A stretch of DNA of 64,000 nt from Thermoanaerobaculia bacterium (GTDB lineage: Bacteria > Acidobacteriota > Thermoanaerobaculia > UBA5066), in the NCBI GenBank assembly GCA_038214715.1, contig JBBQRP010000001.1, positions 131,646 to 195,645 on the forward strand, given 5' to 3'. Below are positions 16,139 through 24,742 of this stretch, one piece after another. The notes below the pieces were generated by a model. That model was not told where the DNA came from, searched no databases, and saw nothing but the letters and a program-made list of their open reading frames with translations. The first letter of the stretch is position 1. Every line of letters starts with the position of its first letter. The translations under genes were made by a program, and so were the position numbers.

Positions 16139-19093
16139 ATGTCTCGATCGTCCCGCTCTCTCCTGGTTCTCACCGCGGTCCTTGCCGTGGCCCTCGCGTG
16201 GCCCGTCGCCCCGCTCCTCGCGCAGAGCAGCGCGGGCTCCATCTCGGGCACCGTGTCGGACGCCGCCGGCGGACCTCTTCCCGGGGCCAGCATGACCGCT
16301 AAAAACGTGAAGACGGGCGCCTCGAGAACGACCGTTTCGAACGCGGCGGGAGCGTTCAACTTCCCCATCCTGGCCGTCGGCGTCTACACCGTCACGGCGG
16401 ACCTCTCCGGATTCGGCTCGGCCGCCAAGAACAGCGTCGAGCTGAACGTCGGAGGAGACGTCTCGCTCAGGTTCGTGCTCGCGCTCTCGAGCGTGAAGTC
16501 GGCCGTCACCGTCACCGAAGAAGCGCCCCTCATCGAGACGACGCGCACGCAGCAGAGCGACGTCGTGAACGAGCACTTCATCGCGAATCTCCCCACGAAC
16601 GGACGCAACTTCATCGACTTCGTCCTCACGACTCCCGGCGTCACGAAAGACCCGCGCCTCGGGGACATCAGCTTCGCCGGCCAGCGCGGCACACTGAACA
16701 GCCTCGTCATCGACGGCGCCGACAACAACAACACGTTCTTCGGGCAGGCTCTCGGCCGCACCGGCTCCGGCCGCGCGCCGTACCAGTTCAGCCAGGACGC
16801 CGTCAAGGAGTTCCAGGTCAATCGCAACGCCTACACGGCGGAGTACGGCCGCGCGGGCGGCGCGGTCATCAACGTCGTCACGAAGTCGGGCACGAACGAG
16901 TTCCACGGGAGCGCGTTCGAGTTCTTCCGTGACAAGGGCATGAACGCGAACGACTACATCAACGTGATCAACGGACGCGACAAGAGCAACTACCACTACA
17001 ACCAGTTCGGCGCGAGCCTCGGAGGCCCGATCCTCCGCGACCGGCTCTTCTTCTTCGCGAACTACGACGGACAGCGCAACACGAACGGGCAGCCCGTGAT
17101 CCTCTCGACGGGGGCGCTGCCGACGGACGCGAACACGGTCGCCGGCCTCGCGAAGCTCACCGCCGTCGCGGGTCCGTACGACCGCGGCCAGAACCAGGAC
17201 GTCTTCCTCCTGAAGGCCGACTACGACGCCGGCTCGTCCGCGCACGTGTCGGTCCGCTACAACCGCCAGGACTTCACGGGCGTCAACAACGAGAACGGCG
17301 GCACGACCCAGTCCGTCACGCACTCGGGCAACTCGCTCGTCAAGACCGACACGGTCACGGCCTCCGTCACGAACTCCTTCACGCCGACGCTGTTCAACGA
17401 GCTCCGTGGCCAGTACGCGAAGGACTCCGAGCCCGGCCTCGCGAACAGCGCCGACCCCGAGGCGCTCATCCAGGACGTCGGCAACTTCGCCTTCACGATC
17501 GGACGGAACAACTTCAGCCCGCGCGAGACGACGATCACGCGCTACCAGATCGCCGACGCCGCGACCGTTCTGTTCGGCAACCACGCGCTCAAGGGTGGGG
17601 TCGACTTCAACCGCGACCTCATCCTGAACTGGTTCCCGGGCAATTTCTCGGGCAGCTACACCTTCAATTCGATCGCGTCCTACAACCTCGGACAGCCCAT
17701 CCGGTTCGTGCAGGCCTTCGGCGGGCCCGGCACGAGCGGCCCGTACACGAACCCCGACCTCTCCGAGATCGGCCTCTTCCTGCAGGACGAGTGGCGCCCG
17801 ATCCCGAACGTCACGGTCAACCTCGGCGTGCGCTACGACAAGCAGGGCATCGCGCAGCCCACGGTGAGGAACCCGGACGCGCAGCTCCTCGCGGCCGGCA
17901 TCGACACGAGCGTCGTTCCCGAGGACACGAACAACGTCGGCGTCCGGCTCGGATTTGCCTGGACCCCGAAGGGGCACGACGGAACGGTCGTGCGAGGCGG
18001 GTACGGCATGTTCTACGGCCGGACGCCGTCGATCATGATCGGAACGGCCATGTCGAACAACGGCGTGAACGTCCAGACGCTCACGTTCACGGGCGCGCAG
18101 ATGCCCGCCTATCCGAACATCTTTCCCTCGATTCCGACGGGCGTCGTGCTGCCGAAGCCCACGATCTTCGTCTTCGATCCGAACTTCGAGAACCCGCTCG
18201 TCCATCAGGCGAGTCTCGGGATCGAGCACGCGCTGTCGAACGACTACTCGGTCGGCTTCTCGTACCTGTACGTCAAGGGCACGAAGCTCCAGCGCTCGAC
18301 GGACGTCAATGTCGGGTCGCCCTCGACCGTCAACTTCACGGACATCGCCGGCAACGTCTATCCGATCACCCGCTACGGCGTCGACCGCCCCTTCGCGAAC
18401 TTCGCGCGCGTGATCCAGTTCCAGAGCACGGCCGAGTCCAACTACAACGGCGTGACTCTCGAGCTCAACAAGCGCTTCTCGAACAACTGGCAGGCGCGGA
18501 TCGCTTACACGTTCGGCAAGGTCCTCGACACGAAGCCCGACGCCACCTCGGTCGTCCCGGGCGGCGGCGACGACGCGAAGCAGGCCTCCGACCCGAAGAA
18601 CTTCCAGGCGGACTACGCCCCGGGAGACGCCGACCAGCGCCACCGCCTCGTCCTCTCGGCCTACTGGAGCCTTCCCTACTACCGGAACGCCGGCGGCCTC
18701 GAGCAGGCGCTCTTCGGCGGATGGTCGCTGTCGGGGATCGTGACGCTCGCGAGCGGCCAGCCCTACTCGCCGATCCTCTCGCCGCTCTCGGACCTCAACA
18801 ACGACGGAAACAACCGCAACGACCGCGCTCCTGGGTTCTCGCGCAACTCGTTCAACTACCCGACGTTCTTCTCGATCGACCCGCGCCTCACGAAAGACGT
18901 GCCCATCGGCTCCGTGACGCTCCAGGTCATCCTCGAGGCCTTCAACGTCTTCAACCGCTCGAACGTCGTGAGCGTGAACCAGGGCTACTACGGCGTGAAC
19001 GGGACCGCGCTCACGCCGCTCGCGAGCTTCGGCGCGCCGACGACGTCGTTCGGGCCCCGTATCCTCCAACTCGCCGCGAAGGTGATCTTCTGA
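16139..19093 (+). CDS. Outer-membrane TonB-dependent-receptor-like beta-barrel protein with an N-terminal carboxypeptidase-regulatory-like (CarboxypepD_reg) domain
   Basis: Signal peptide. GTVSDAAGGPLPGASMTAKNVKTGA....TVSNAAGAFNF is a CarboxypepD_reg-like beta-sandwich. Long beta-strand-rich body. C-terminal ...AAKVIF ends in an aromatic residue. Strong SD GAAGGAGG. Confidence 0.85.
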   Translation: MSRSSRSLLVLTAVLAVALAWPVAPLLAQSSAGSISGTVSDAAGGPLPGASMTAKNVKTGASRTTVSNAAGAFNFPILAVGVYTVTADLSGFGSAAKNSVELNVGGDVSLRFVLALSSVKSAVTVTEEAPLIETTRTQQSDVVNEHFIANLPTNGRNFIDFVLTTPGVTKDPRLGDISFAGQRGTLNSLVIDGADNNNTFFGQALGRTGSGRAPYQFSQDAVKEFQVNRNAYTAEYGRAGGAVINVVTKSGTNEFHGSAFEFFRDKGMNANDYINVINGRDKSNYHYNQFGASLGGPILRDRLFFFANYDGQRNTNGQPVILSTGALPTDANTVAGLAKLTAVAGPYDRGQNQDVFLLKADYDAGSSAHVSVRYNRQDFTGVNNENGGTTQSVTHSGNSLVKTDTVTASVTNSFTPTLFNELRGQYAKDSEPGLANSADPEALIQDVGNFAFTIGRNNFSPRETTITRYQIADAATVLFGNHALKGGVDFNRDLILNWFPGNFSGSYTFNSIASYNLGQPIRFVQAFGGPGTSGPYTNPDLSEIGLFLQDEWRPIPNVTVNLGVRYDKQGIAQPTVRNPDAQLLAAGIDTSVVPEDTNNVGVRLGFAWTPKGHDGTVVRGGYGMFYGRTPSIMIGTAMSNNGVNVQTLTFTGAQMPAYPNIFPSIPTGVVLPKPTIFVFDPNFENPLVHQASLGIEHALSNDYSVGFSYLYVKGTKLQRSTDVNVGSPSTVNFTDIAGNVYPITRYGVDRPFANFARVIQFQSTAESNYNGVTLELNKRFSNNWQARIAYTFGKVLDTKPDATSVVPGGGDDAKQASDPKNFQADYAPGDADQRHRLVLSAYWSLPYYRNAGGLEQALFGGWSLSGIVTLASGQPYSPILSPLSDLNNDGNNRNDRAPGFSRNSFNYPTFFSIDPRLTKDVPIGSVTLQVILEAFNVFNRSNVVSVNQGYYGVNGTALTPLASFGAPTTSFGPRILQLAAKVIF

Positions 19094-19097
19094 GCCT

Positions 19098-19787
19098 TCA
19101 ACGCCCCAGGATCGCCAGGATCTCCTCGTAGTCTCCCGGGAGATGGGCCTCGACCTCGAGGCCCATCTCCGGGATTTCGACGCGCAGGGCGTGTAGCAAC
19201 GGGCGTGTCAGCCGCGCGAGCGCTTCGCGCAGCGGACGGTCGCGGACGCCATGCCAGCGCGTCGCGCCTCCGTAGAAGTCGTCGCCGGCGATCGGATGGC
19301 CCATCGCGGAAAGGTGGACCCGGATCTGGTGCGTGCGGCCCGTCTCGGGGTGGAGCGAGAGGTCGGCGAGCGACGCATACCGCCGGAGAGTCTCGTACCG
19401 GGTGACGGAAGGCTTCCCGGCGGCCTCGACGCGCATCTTGCGTCCGTCCTTCGGGTCGCGCGCGAGGGGACGATCGATCCTGCCGTTCGCGGGCGCGGGA
19501 TGGCCCCAGACGAGCGCGCGATACGTCTTGCGGGCGCGGCGCTCCTGGAAGGCGAGACTGAGCGTCCGGTGAGCGGCGGTCGACTTCGCGAGAAGGACGA
19601 CGCCCGAGGTTCCGGCGTCGAGCCGATGCACGAGGAGCGGAAGAGCCTGCGGGAGGGACTCGCCACAGGAGGCGTAAAGCCGCCGCACGGCGTCCTCCGC
19701 CGACTTGCCTTCCTTCGAGGACGTCGCCATCGAGACACCCGCGGGTTTGTCGAGGGCGACGACGTCGGCGTTTTCGAAGAGGCCCAC
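19098..19787 (-). CDS. rluA: RluA-family 23S rRNA/tRNA pseudouridine synthase (no S4 domain)
   Basis: Catalytic HRLDAGTSGVVLLAKS and THQIRVH motifs. 229 aa. Confidence 0.85.
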   Translation of the reverse strand: MGLFENADVVALDKPAGVSMATSSKEGKSAEDAVRRLYASCGESLPQALPLLVHRLDAGTSGVVLLAKSTAAHRTLSLAFQERRARKTYRALVWGHPAPANGRIDRPLARDPKDGRKMRVEAAGKPSVTRYETLRRYASLADLSLHPETGRTHQIRVHLSAMGHPIAGDDFYGGATRWHGVRDRPLREALARLTRPLLHALRVEIPEMGLEVEAHLPGDYEEILAILGR

Positions 19788-19912
19788 GCCGCTTTATGTC
19801 ACAAGCGCCGTCGCGAGAACGTCACGACGACATCCCGGCGGGATCTCTTTTCCCACTGCGAGAGAGTCTCATGTGAAACGATATCCCGTATACCCGAGCA
19901 CACCCGAGGAGG

Positions 19913-22900
19913 ATGCGCATGTCGTTCAGACGCAGGCTGATCAGCACGGCCGTCGCCGCGACCTTGCCACTCTTTCTCGCGGGCCCGGGATGCCCGCCGC
20001 CGGCAGCCGACCCCTGCTCGAACGCAAGTGGAGATCTTCCCTGCGGCCAGGAGACCGGGGACGTAGCCGTCGTCTACCACGACCCGGACGATCCCGACAA
20101 TCCGGATGGCGTCGCCTTCAATGGGTCGAACCCGGGCTCCGAGTTCTACGTTTCGACGGGTGAAGACGGGAATGGGGAGGTCGAAGTAGTAATCACCGAC
20201 GTGGAGGATTTCGGCGTGGACGCCGTCCTCAAGGCATTCACGTCCTTCGGGACCGGGTTTGTCGCGGTCGGCGGCAAGATCGAATTCGTCGACCTGCGAG
20301 ACGGCTCCCACAGGGAACTGTCCTGCCCGGAGACCGGCTTCGGGAACCAGGCGACGTGCGTCAGTCCCGTCGACGATGACATGTGTTTCGTCGGGGTCCA
20401 GAGCACGACAGGCATTCCAACGGCAGGCGGTTACCTGTGCAGCGTGAGCGCCGGCGTCTGCTCGAGCGTGAACGGTCTCGCCGCCAGCGGCGGGTTCGGC
20501 GATGGGTCGACTTCCTGCACGACCGCCGACGCCGCGCCGACGGGGAATATCCGCACCGCCCTCGTCTTGCATCAGGTTCTCCTTGCCGGGACCGCAGCGA
20601 ACGGCGTCTACAAGAGCACGGACGCGGGCCGAAACTGGACGCGCATCACGGCGGGCCTCCCGGGCTTTCTGGGCGTGTATCGGTTCGCCCGCTCCGGAAA
20701 TTCGTTCGTGATCGGCACGGGCTCGGGGATCTACCGGAGCACCGATCAAGGCTCGTCCTGGACAAAAATCACGTCCGGCGTGCCCTCGGTCGCCGTCCCC
20801 GACGTCCGCGCCGCCGGCGGGGCTCTCTACGCGGTCGTCAGCGCGATCACACCGAACGTGTACAAGAGCACGGACGGGGGCGCGTCGTGGCAACCCACGG
20901 GCCCAGGCATCTCGGCGACTCGCGTGTATGGTCTGACATCGAATCGCAGAGCCATCTTCGCCGCCACGAACGGAGGGGTCTTCAAGAGCAAGGACGCCGG
21001 GGCATCGTGGCAGCTCTGGGGGAAGGGTATCGCGGCCGCGAGCATCACCCGGATGTACGTCTCGGGCAGCACGATCTTCGCGGGCGCGTTCGGCTCGAAG
21101 AGCGGCGTGAGCCGCTCGACCGATTTCGGCCAGACGTGGACGCCCTCCACCGGGCCGATCGCGTACAAGATCATCCGGGCTCTCTGGGCGTCGGGCAATA
21201 CGGTGCTCGCAGCCGGAGAGGGCGGGTACTTCAAGAGCACCGACAACGGCGTCAGCTTCACCTCGACGGTCCCCGTCGGGCTGCCGACGAACGGCACGTA
21301 CGTCTACGCCTTCACGCCGGTCGGCGCGACGCTCCTCGCCACGATGAGCACAGGCGGCGTATACAGGAGCACGAACGGCGGCGACTCGTGGGCGCCCTCC
21401 AGCTCCGGCCTCCCGCCCGACGTGAATGCTTTCTCGATGGCCGTGAGCGGAAGCACGGTGATCCTGGGATCGAGGAACCTCGTCTATCGGAGCGTCGACG
21501 GCGGCGCGACGTGGACCGCGGCGGGCGCACCCGCGCCTTCACAGACCTTCCTCGTTTACACGCTCCTCTATGACGGGAGCACCCTTTACGCCGGAACCTA
21601 TGGGACGGGCGGCACGGCGACACAAGGTCTCTTCCGCAGCAACGACAACGGCTCCACGTGGACCCGGGTCTCAAACGGCATTCCCTCCAACACGGATGTC
21701 TGGTCCCTCGCGGCCGCGGAGGGACGTCTCTTCGCGGGGACGCGGAACGGCCTCTTCGTTTCGAACGACGGCGGGGGCTCGTGGCAGAGCTTCGGCGGCC
21801 GTCTCGCGAAGCACTCAATCTTCGCCCTTGCGGCGGGGCCGTCAGGCGTCTCCGCCGTCGATTCGCCCGGCGACAGAGGCGCAGCCGAGCTCGGCGCCTC
21901 CGCGACCCGCCTTTACGTCGGGACCGACAGCTCGGGCATCTTCAAGCCCCTCGTTTCGACGCGAACCCAGCGCCTCGTGCCGATCGTTCTCGACGTCGAC
22001 AACGGGAGCGGCGCGCACTTCACGACCGAACTCGATCTCACGAACCGGGGCACGACGCCGGCGGCCCTCACATACCTCTACACGGGCTCGATCGGCTCGG
22101 GCTCGGGCTCGGGAAGTGAGGCACTGGCACCCGGCCAGCAGCTCGTCGTGGCCGATGCGATTTCCTACCTGCGCGGGAAGGGAGTCCCGATTCCCTCGGG
22201 CAACGTCGGCGGAACGCTCCTCGTCACGTTCGACGGCGTTTCGGACCCGAGCGTCGCCTCGGTGACCGCGCGGACCACCACCGCCACGTCCGCGCCCCAG
22301 CCCGCGGGCGCCGCAGGCCTTGCGTACGCGGCTCTCGATCCCAACACCGAGGGTGCCCGGGGTCTTCTTTCACTCTACGGATTGCGTTCGAATTCCCAGG
22401 ATCGCTCGAATGTCGCCGTCTTCAACACGTCCGGGCAGCCGGTCACCCTCAGGGTCACCGCCTCGAACGGAAACGGGACGGGTGCGACCGCCGTCATCGA
22501 TGCGTCCACGACGCTTCCGCCCTACGGATGGAAGCAGTACACGCGGATCCTCGAGGGTCCGGCCTATTCGACCGGCTGGGTCAGCGTCGAGCGATTGTCG
22601 GGCGTGGGCGCTTTCGGCGCATACGGCGTGATCAACGACAACGGAACGAGCGACGGGTCGTACGTCCTGCCGGTGGGGGGCTCCGGCCTGGGAGACTATT
22701 TGAACGTCCCGGTTCTCGTCGAAACGCCTTCGTTCGTGTCGGAGCTCGTCCTGACGAACGCGAGCGCGGTCGCGGCGACGTTCGCACTCACGTACGCCGA
22801 GTCGCTTGCGCCCGGGGGCGGAGTCGGCGGGACCGCGAGTATCGCCGTCCCGGCGAGAACCCAGCTCATTTTCCCCGGCGCCATCGCGGAGCTTCGCGGG

Positions 22901-23425
22901 CGCGGGGTGTCGATCGGCGCCGCCGGCGCGGCGAGTTACGCCGGCTCGCTCCACGTCGTCCCGACGGGCGCCCCCGTCGCGCAGCTCTTTGCGGGAGCCC
23001 GCACCGCTTCGCAGTCGCCCGCGGGAGGGCAATTCGGCCTGTTCACACCCGCGTTCTATCCGGGCTCGGAGGCGAACGGCTCGGCGTACGTCTACGGCTT
23101 GCGCGCCGACCCCACAAACCGGTCGAACGTCGCCGTCATCAACACCGCGCAAGGCTCGCCGGTCGGCCCGATCACGCTGCAGCTCCAGGCCTACGACGGT
23201 GATACGGGCGGAAATACTTCGGGCGCTGCGGACTCCGTGACGCTGCAGCCGGGTCAGTGGAGTCAGGTCTCCGGCTTCCTCGGAAACAAGGGCGTGAAAA
23301 ACGGCTGGGTCAAGATCACGCGGACGAGTGGCACGGCGCCATGGATCGCCTACGGCGTCGTGAACGACGGCGGCGGCCCGGGCCAGCGCACGGGCGACGG
23401 GGCCTACGTTCCCATGACGCGCTGA
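19913..23425 (+). CDS. Large secreted protein: signal peptide, Cys-rich N-terminal region, ~10 BNR/Asp-box repeats (beta-propeller), then a C-terminal tandemly duplicated unknown ~230-aa module
   Basis: S-x-D-x-G-x-(T/S)-W repeats (YKSTDAGRNWTRI, YRSTDQGSSWTKI, FRSNDNGSTWTRV and others). The C-terminal 21955..23425 is paralogous to 12234..13700 (RLVPIVLDV, ARTTTATSAPQP, GLRSNSQDRSNVAVFN, GARTASQSP.GGQFGLFTP, GLRADPTNRSNVAVIN, GWVKIT, AYGVVNDGGGPGQRTGDGAYVPM). Confidence 0.85.
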   Translation: MRMSFRRRLISTAVAATLPLFLAGPGCPPPAADPCSNASGDLPCGQETGDVAVVYHDPDDPDNPDGVAFNGSNPGSEFYVSTGEDGNGEVEVVITDVEDFGVDAVLKAFTSFGTGFVAVGGKIEFVDLRDGSHRELSCPETGFGNQATCVSPVDDDMCFVGVQSTTGIPTAGGYLCSVSAGVCSSVNGLAASGGFGDGSTSCTTADAAPTGNIRTALVLHQVLLAGTAANGVYKSTDAGRNWTRITAGLPGFLGVYRFARSGNSFVIGTGSGIYRSTDQGSSWTKITSGVPSVAVPDVRAAGGALYAVVSAITPNVYKSTDGGASWQPTGPGISATRVYGLTSNRRAIFAATNGGVFKSKDAGASWQLWGKGIAAASITRMYVSGSTIFAGAFGSKSGVSRSTDFGQTWTPSTGPIAYKIIRALWASGNTVLAAGEGGYFKSTDNGVSFTSTVPVGLPTNGTYVYAFTPVGATLLATMSTGGVYRSTNGGDSWAPSSSGLPPDVNAFSMAVSGSTVILGSRNLVYRSVDGGATWTAAGAPAPSQTFLVYTLLYDGSTLYAGTYGTGGTATQGLFRSNDNGSTWTRVSNGIPSNTDVWSLAAAEGRLFAGTRNGLFVSNDGGGSWQSFGGRLAKHSIFALAAGPSGVSAVDSPGDRGAAELGASATRLYVGTDSSGIFKPLVSTRTQRLVPIVLDVDNGSGAHFTTELDLTNRGTTPAALTYLYTGSIGSGSGSGSEALAPGQQLVVADAISYLRGKGVPIPSGNVGGTLLVTFDGVSDPSVASVTARTTTATSAPQPAGAAGLAYAALDPNTEGARGLLSLYGLRSNSQDRSNVAVFNTSGQPVTLRVTASNGNGTGATAVIDASTTLPPYGWKQYTRILEGPAYSTGWVSVERLSGVGAFGAYGVINDNGTSDGSYVLPVGGSGLGDYLNVPVLVETPSFVSELVLTNASAVAATFALTYAESLAPGGGVGGTASIAVPARTQLIFPGAIAELRGRGVSIGAAGAASYAGSLHVVPTGAPVAQLFAGARTASQSPAGGQFGLFTPAFYPGSEANGSAYVYGLRADPTNRSNVAVINTAQGSPVGPITLQLQAYDGDTGGNTSGAADSVTLQPGQWSQVSGFLGNKGVKNGWVKITRTSGTAPWIAYGVVNDGGGPGQRTGDGAYVPMTR

Positions 23426-23431
23426 GCCGGA

Positions 23432-23905
23432 TCAGTTCACGTTCGACATGACGACGCGGGATTCCGCGTACGTGACGCGCGACGCGATGCGGCGCTTCTT
23501 CACCGTCCTCGTCTCGAGGAGAACGGTGCGGCCCGCCGACAGGTCCTCCGGGACGGACGAGTCTTTTGCGAGACGGAATTTCACGAGGTGTCCCGCGGGC
23601 GTCTTCACCGTGATCGATCTCCCTTTCTCGTATCCCGTCACCGTGGACGCGGCCGGCCGCGAGAGCGAGACCGTCCCGCCCCGGGCGATCCCGGACTTCA
23701 GGTGCGCGTGCCCCGCGGCGGGCGAGGCGGCGAGCGGCGGCGCGGAGACCGTCGGCCCCTCCTCCTGCGGCGCCGCCGGGGCCGGAGCAGCCATCTCGAC
23801 CGGGGCAACAGGCGGACGGAAATTCTCCGCGCAGAGGGGCGCCGCGGCCATCGCCAGTACCGCCGCCGCGATCAGGAACACGAGCAGTCCCGACGGTTGC
23901 CGCAT
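23432..23905 (-). CDS. Small secreted protein: signal peptide, Ala/Pro-rich linker and a conserved C-terminal ~60-aa domain
   Basis: Signal peptide MRQPSGLLVFLIAAAVLAMAAA. The C-terminus EKGRSITVKTPAGHLVKFRLAKD..AGRTVLLE is homologous to the adjacent gene. Confidence 0.6.
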   Translation of the reverse strand: MRQPSGLLVFLIAAAVLAMAAAPLCAENFRPPVAPVEMAAPAPAAPQEEGPTVSAPPLAASPAAGHAHLKSGIARGGTVSLSRPAASTVTGYEKGRSITVKTPAGHLVKFRLAKDSSVPEDLSAGRTVLLETRTVKKRRIASRVTYAESRVVMSNVN

Positions 23906-23917
23906 CGGCCGCGTCCC

Positions 23918-24565
23918 TCAGCGGACCGGGGACTCTGCGGCGGAGAACTTGGATTTCCGCGGGGCTTTCGGCCGGCGAGCCTTCGTCACGCGGTCGGCGC
24001 TCATTCCGTTCGAGGGCGCGCGCAGGGGGATCCGCAGCACGACCTTGTCGCCCGCGGCCAGCCCGCCATAAACGAACGCGTCTTTCGCGAGCGCCACCGT
24101 GCGCTCGACTCCGGCCTTCTCGACGATCGTGACGGAGACTCCCTTCTCGAATCTCTTCACGGTTCCCCGCAAAGATAGATAAGCCGCCTTCACCTCCGCG
24201 GGACCCGTGGGTCCCGAGGGGGCCTGCGCGGCGGGCACCGCGATGCCGGGGCCCGCCGCCGGGGACGCTCCCGGCGTCGCGCCCGCCGCGGACGGAGTCG
24301 GCGCCGACGGATCCACGGCGCCCCGGTTCGTCCGCACGTACCCTTCCGAGTCCGTCGGCATCGAGCCGCTGGGCCTTGCGACGCCTTCCTTGTTCGGCTG
24401 GTCGGGCAGCGACGGCGCGACGACGTGTTCCTCGGCCGGCGACGGCGCGAGCGAGGGACGGTCTGGCGTCGGAGCCGGCGTCTGCGCCCGCGCGGGAGTG
24501 GCGACGGCCGCGGCGGCGGCGGCGGCGGCCGCGAATACCAGAACGGCGGCGCGGTACAACTTCAT
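23918..24565 (-). CDS. Small secreted protein, tandem paralog of 23432..23905
   Basis: Internal ATG 24565 gives MKLYRAAVLVFAAAAAAAAAVATPARA (signal peptide). C-terminal EKGVSVTIVEKAGVERTVALAKD..AGDKVVLR. The upstream part of the track ORF is an artefact. Confidence 0.6.
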   Translation of the reverse strand: MKLYRAAVLVFAAAAAAAAAVATPARAQTPAPTPDRPSLAPSPAEEHVVAPSLPDQPNKEGVARPSGSMPTDSEGYVRTNRGAVDPSAPTPSAAGATPGASPAAGPGIAVPAAQAPSGPTGPAEVKAAYLSLRGTVKRFEKGVSVTIVEKAGVERTVALAKDAFVYGGLAAGDKVVLRIPLRAPSNGMSADRVTKARRPKAPRKSKFSAAESPVR

Positions 24566-24742
24566 GTGCGAATTGTAGTCTTCGGCGCGCGTTCTGGTCA
24601 CTGCGTGGCACAGATCCCCTCGCGCCCGGGTCAGGGGTTCCTGAGCGAGAACGTCACGACGACGTTCAGCGCCACGGCGGATGCGCGCGCGCCGTTCAAA
24701 AGGGGTGCGCATCGGCGCAGTCGGTTCCCGGGGAGCCTCCGC

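Noticed and set aside
14615-19069. 1484-aa minus-strand ORF spanning the kinase and outer-membrane-protein genes
   Set aside because: Arg/Ala/Gly-dominated low-complexity translation typical of the antisense frame of high-GC coding DNA. The opposite strand encodes clear Ser/Thr kinase and TonB-dependent-receptor-like proteins.
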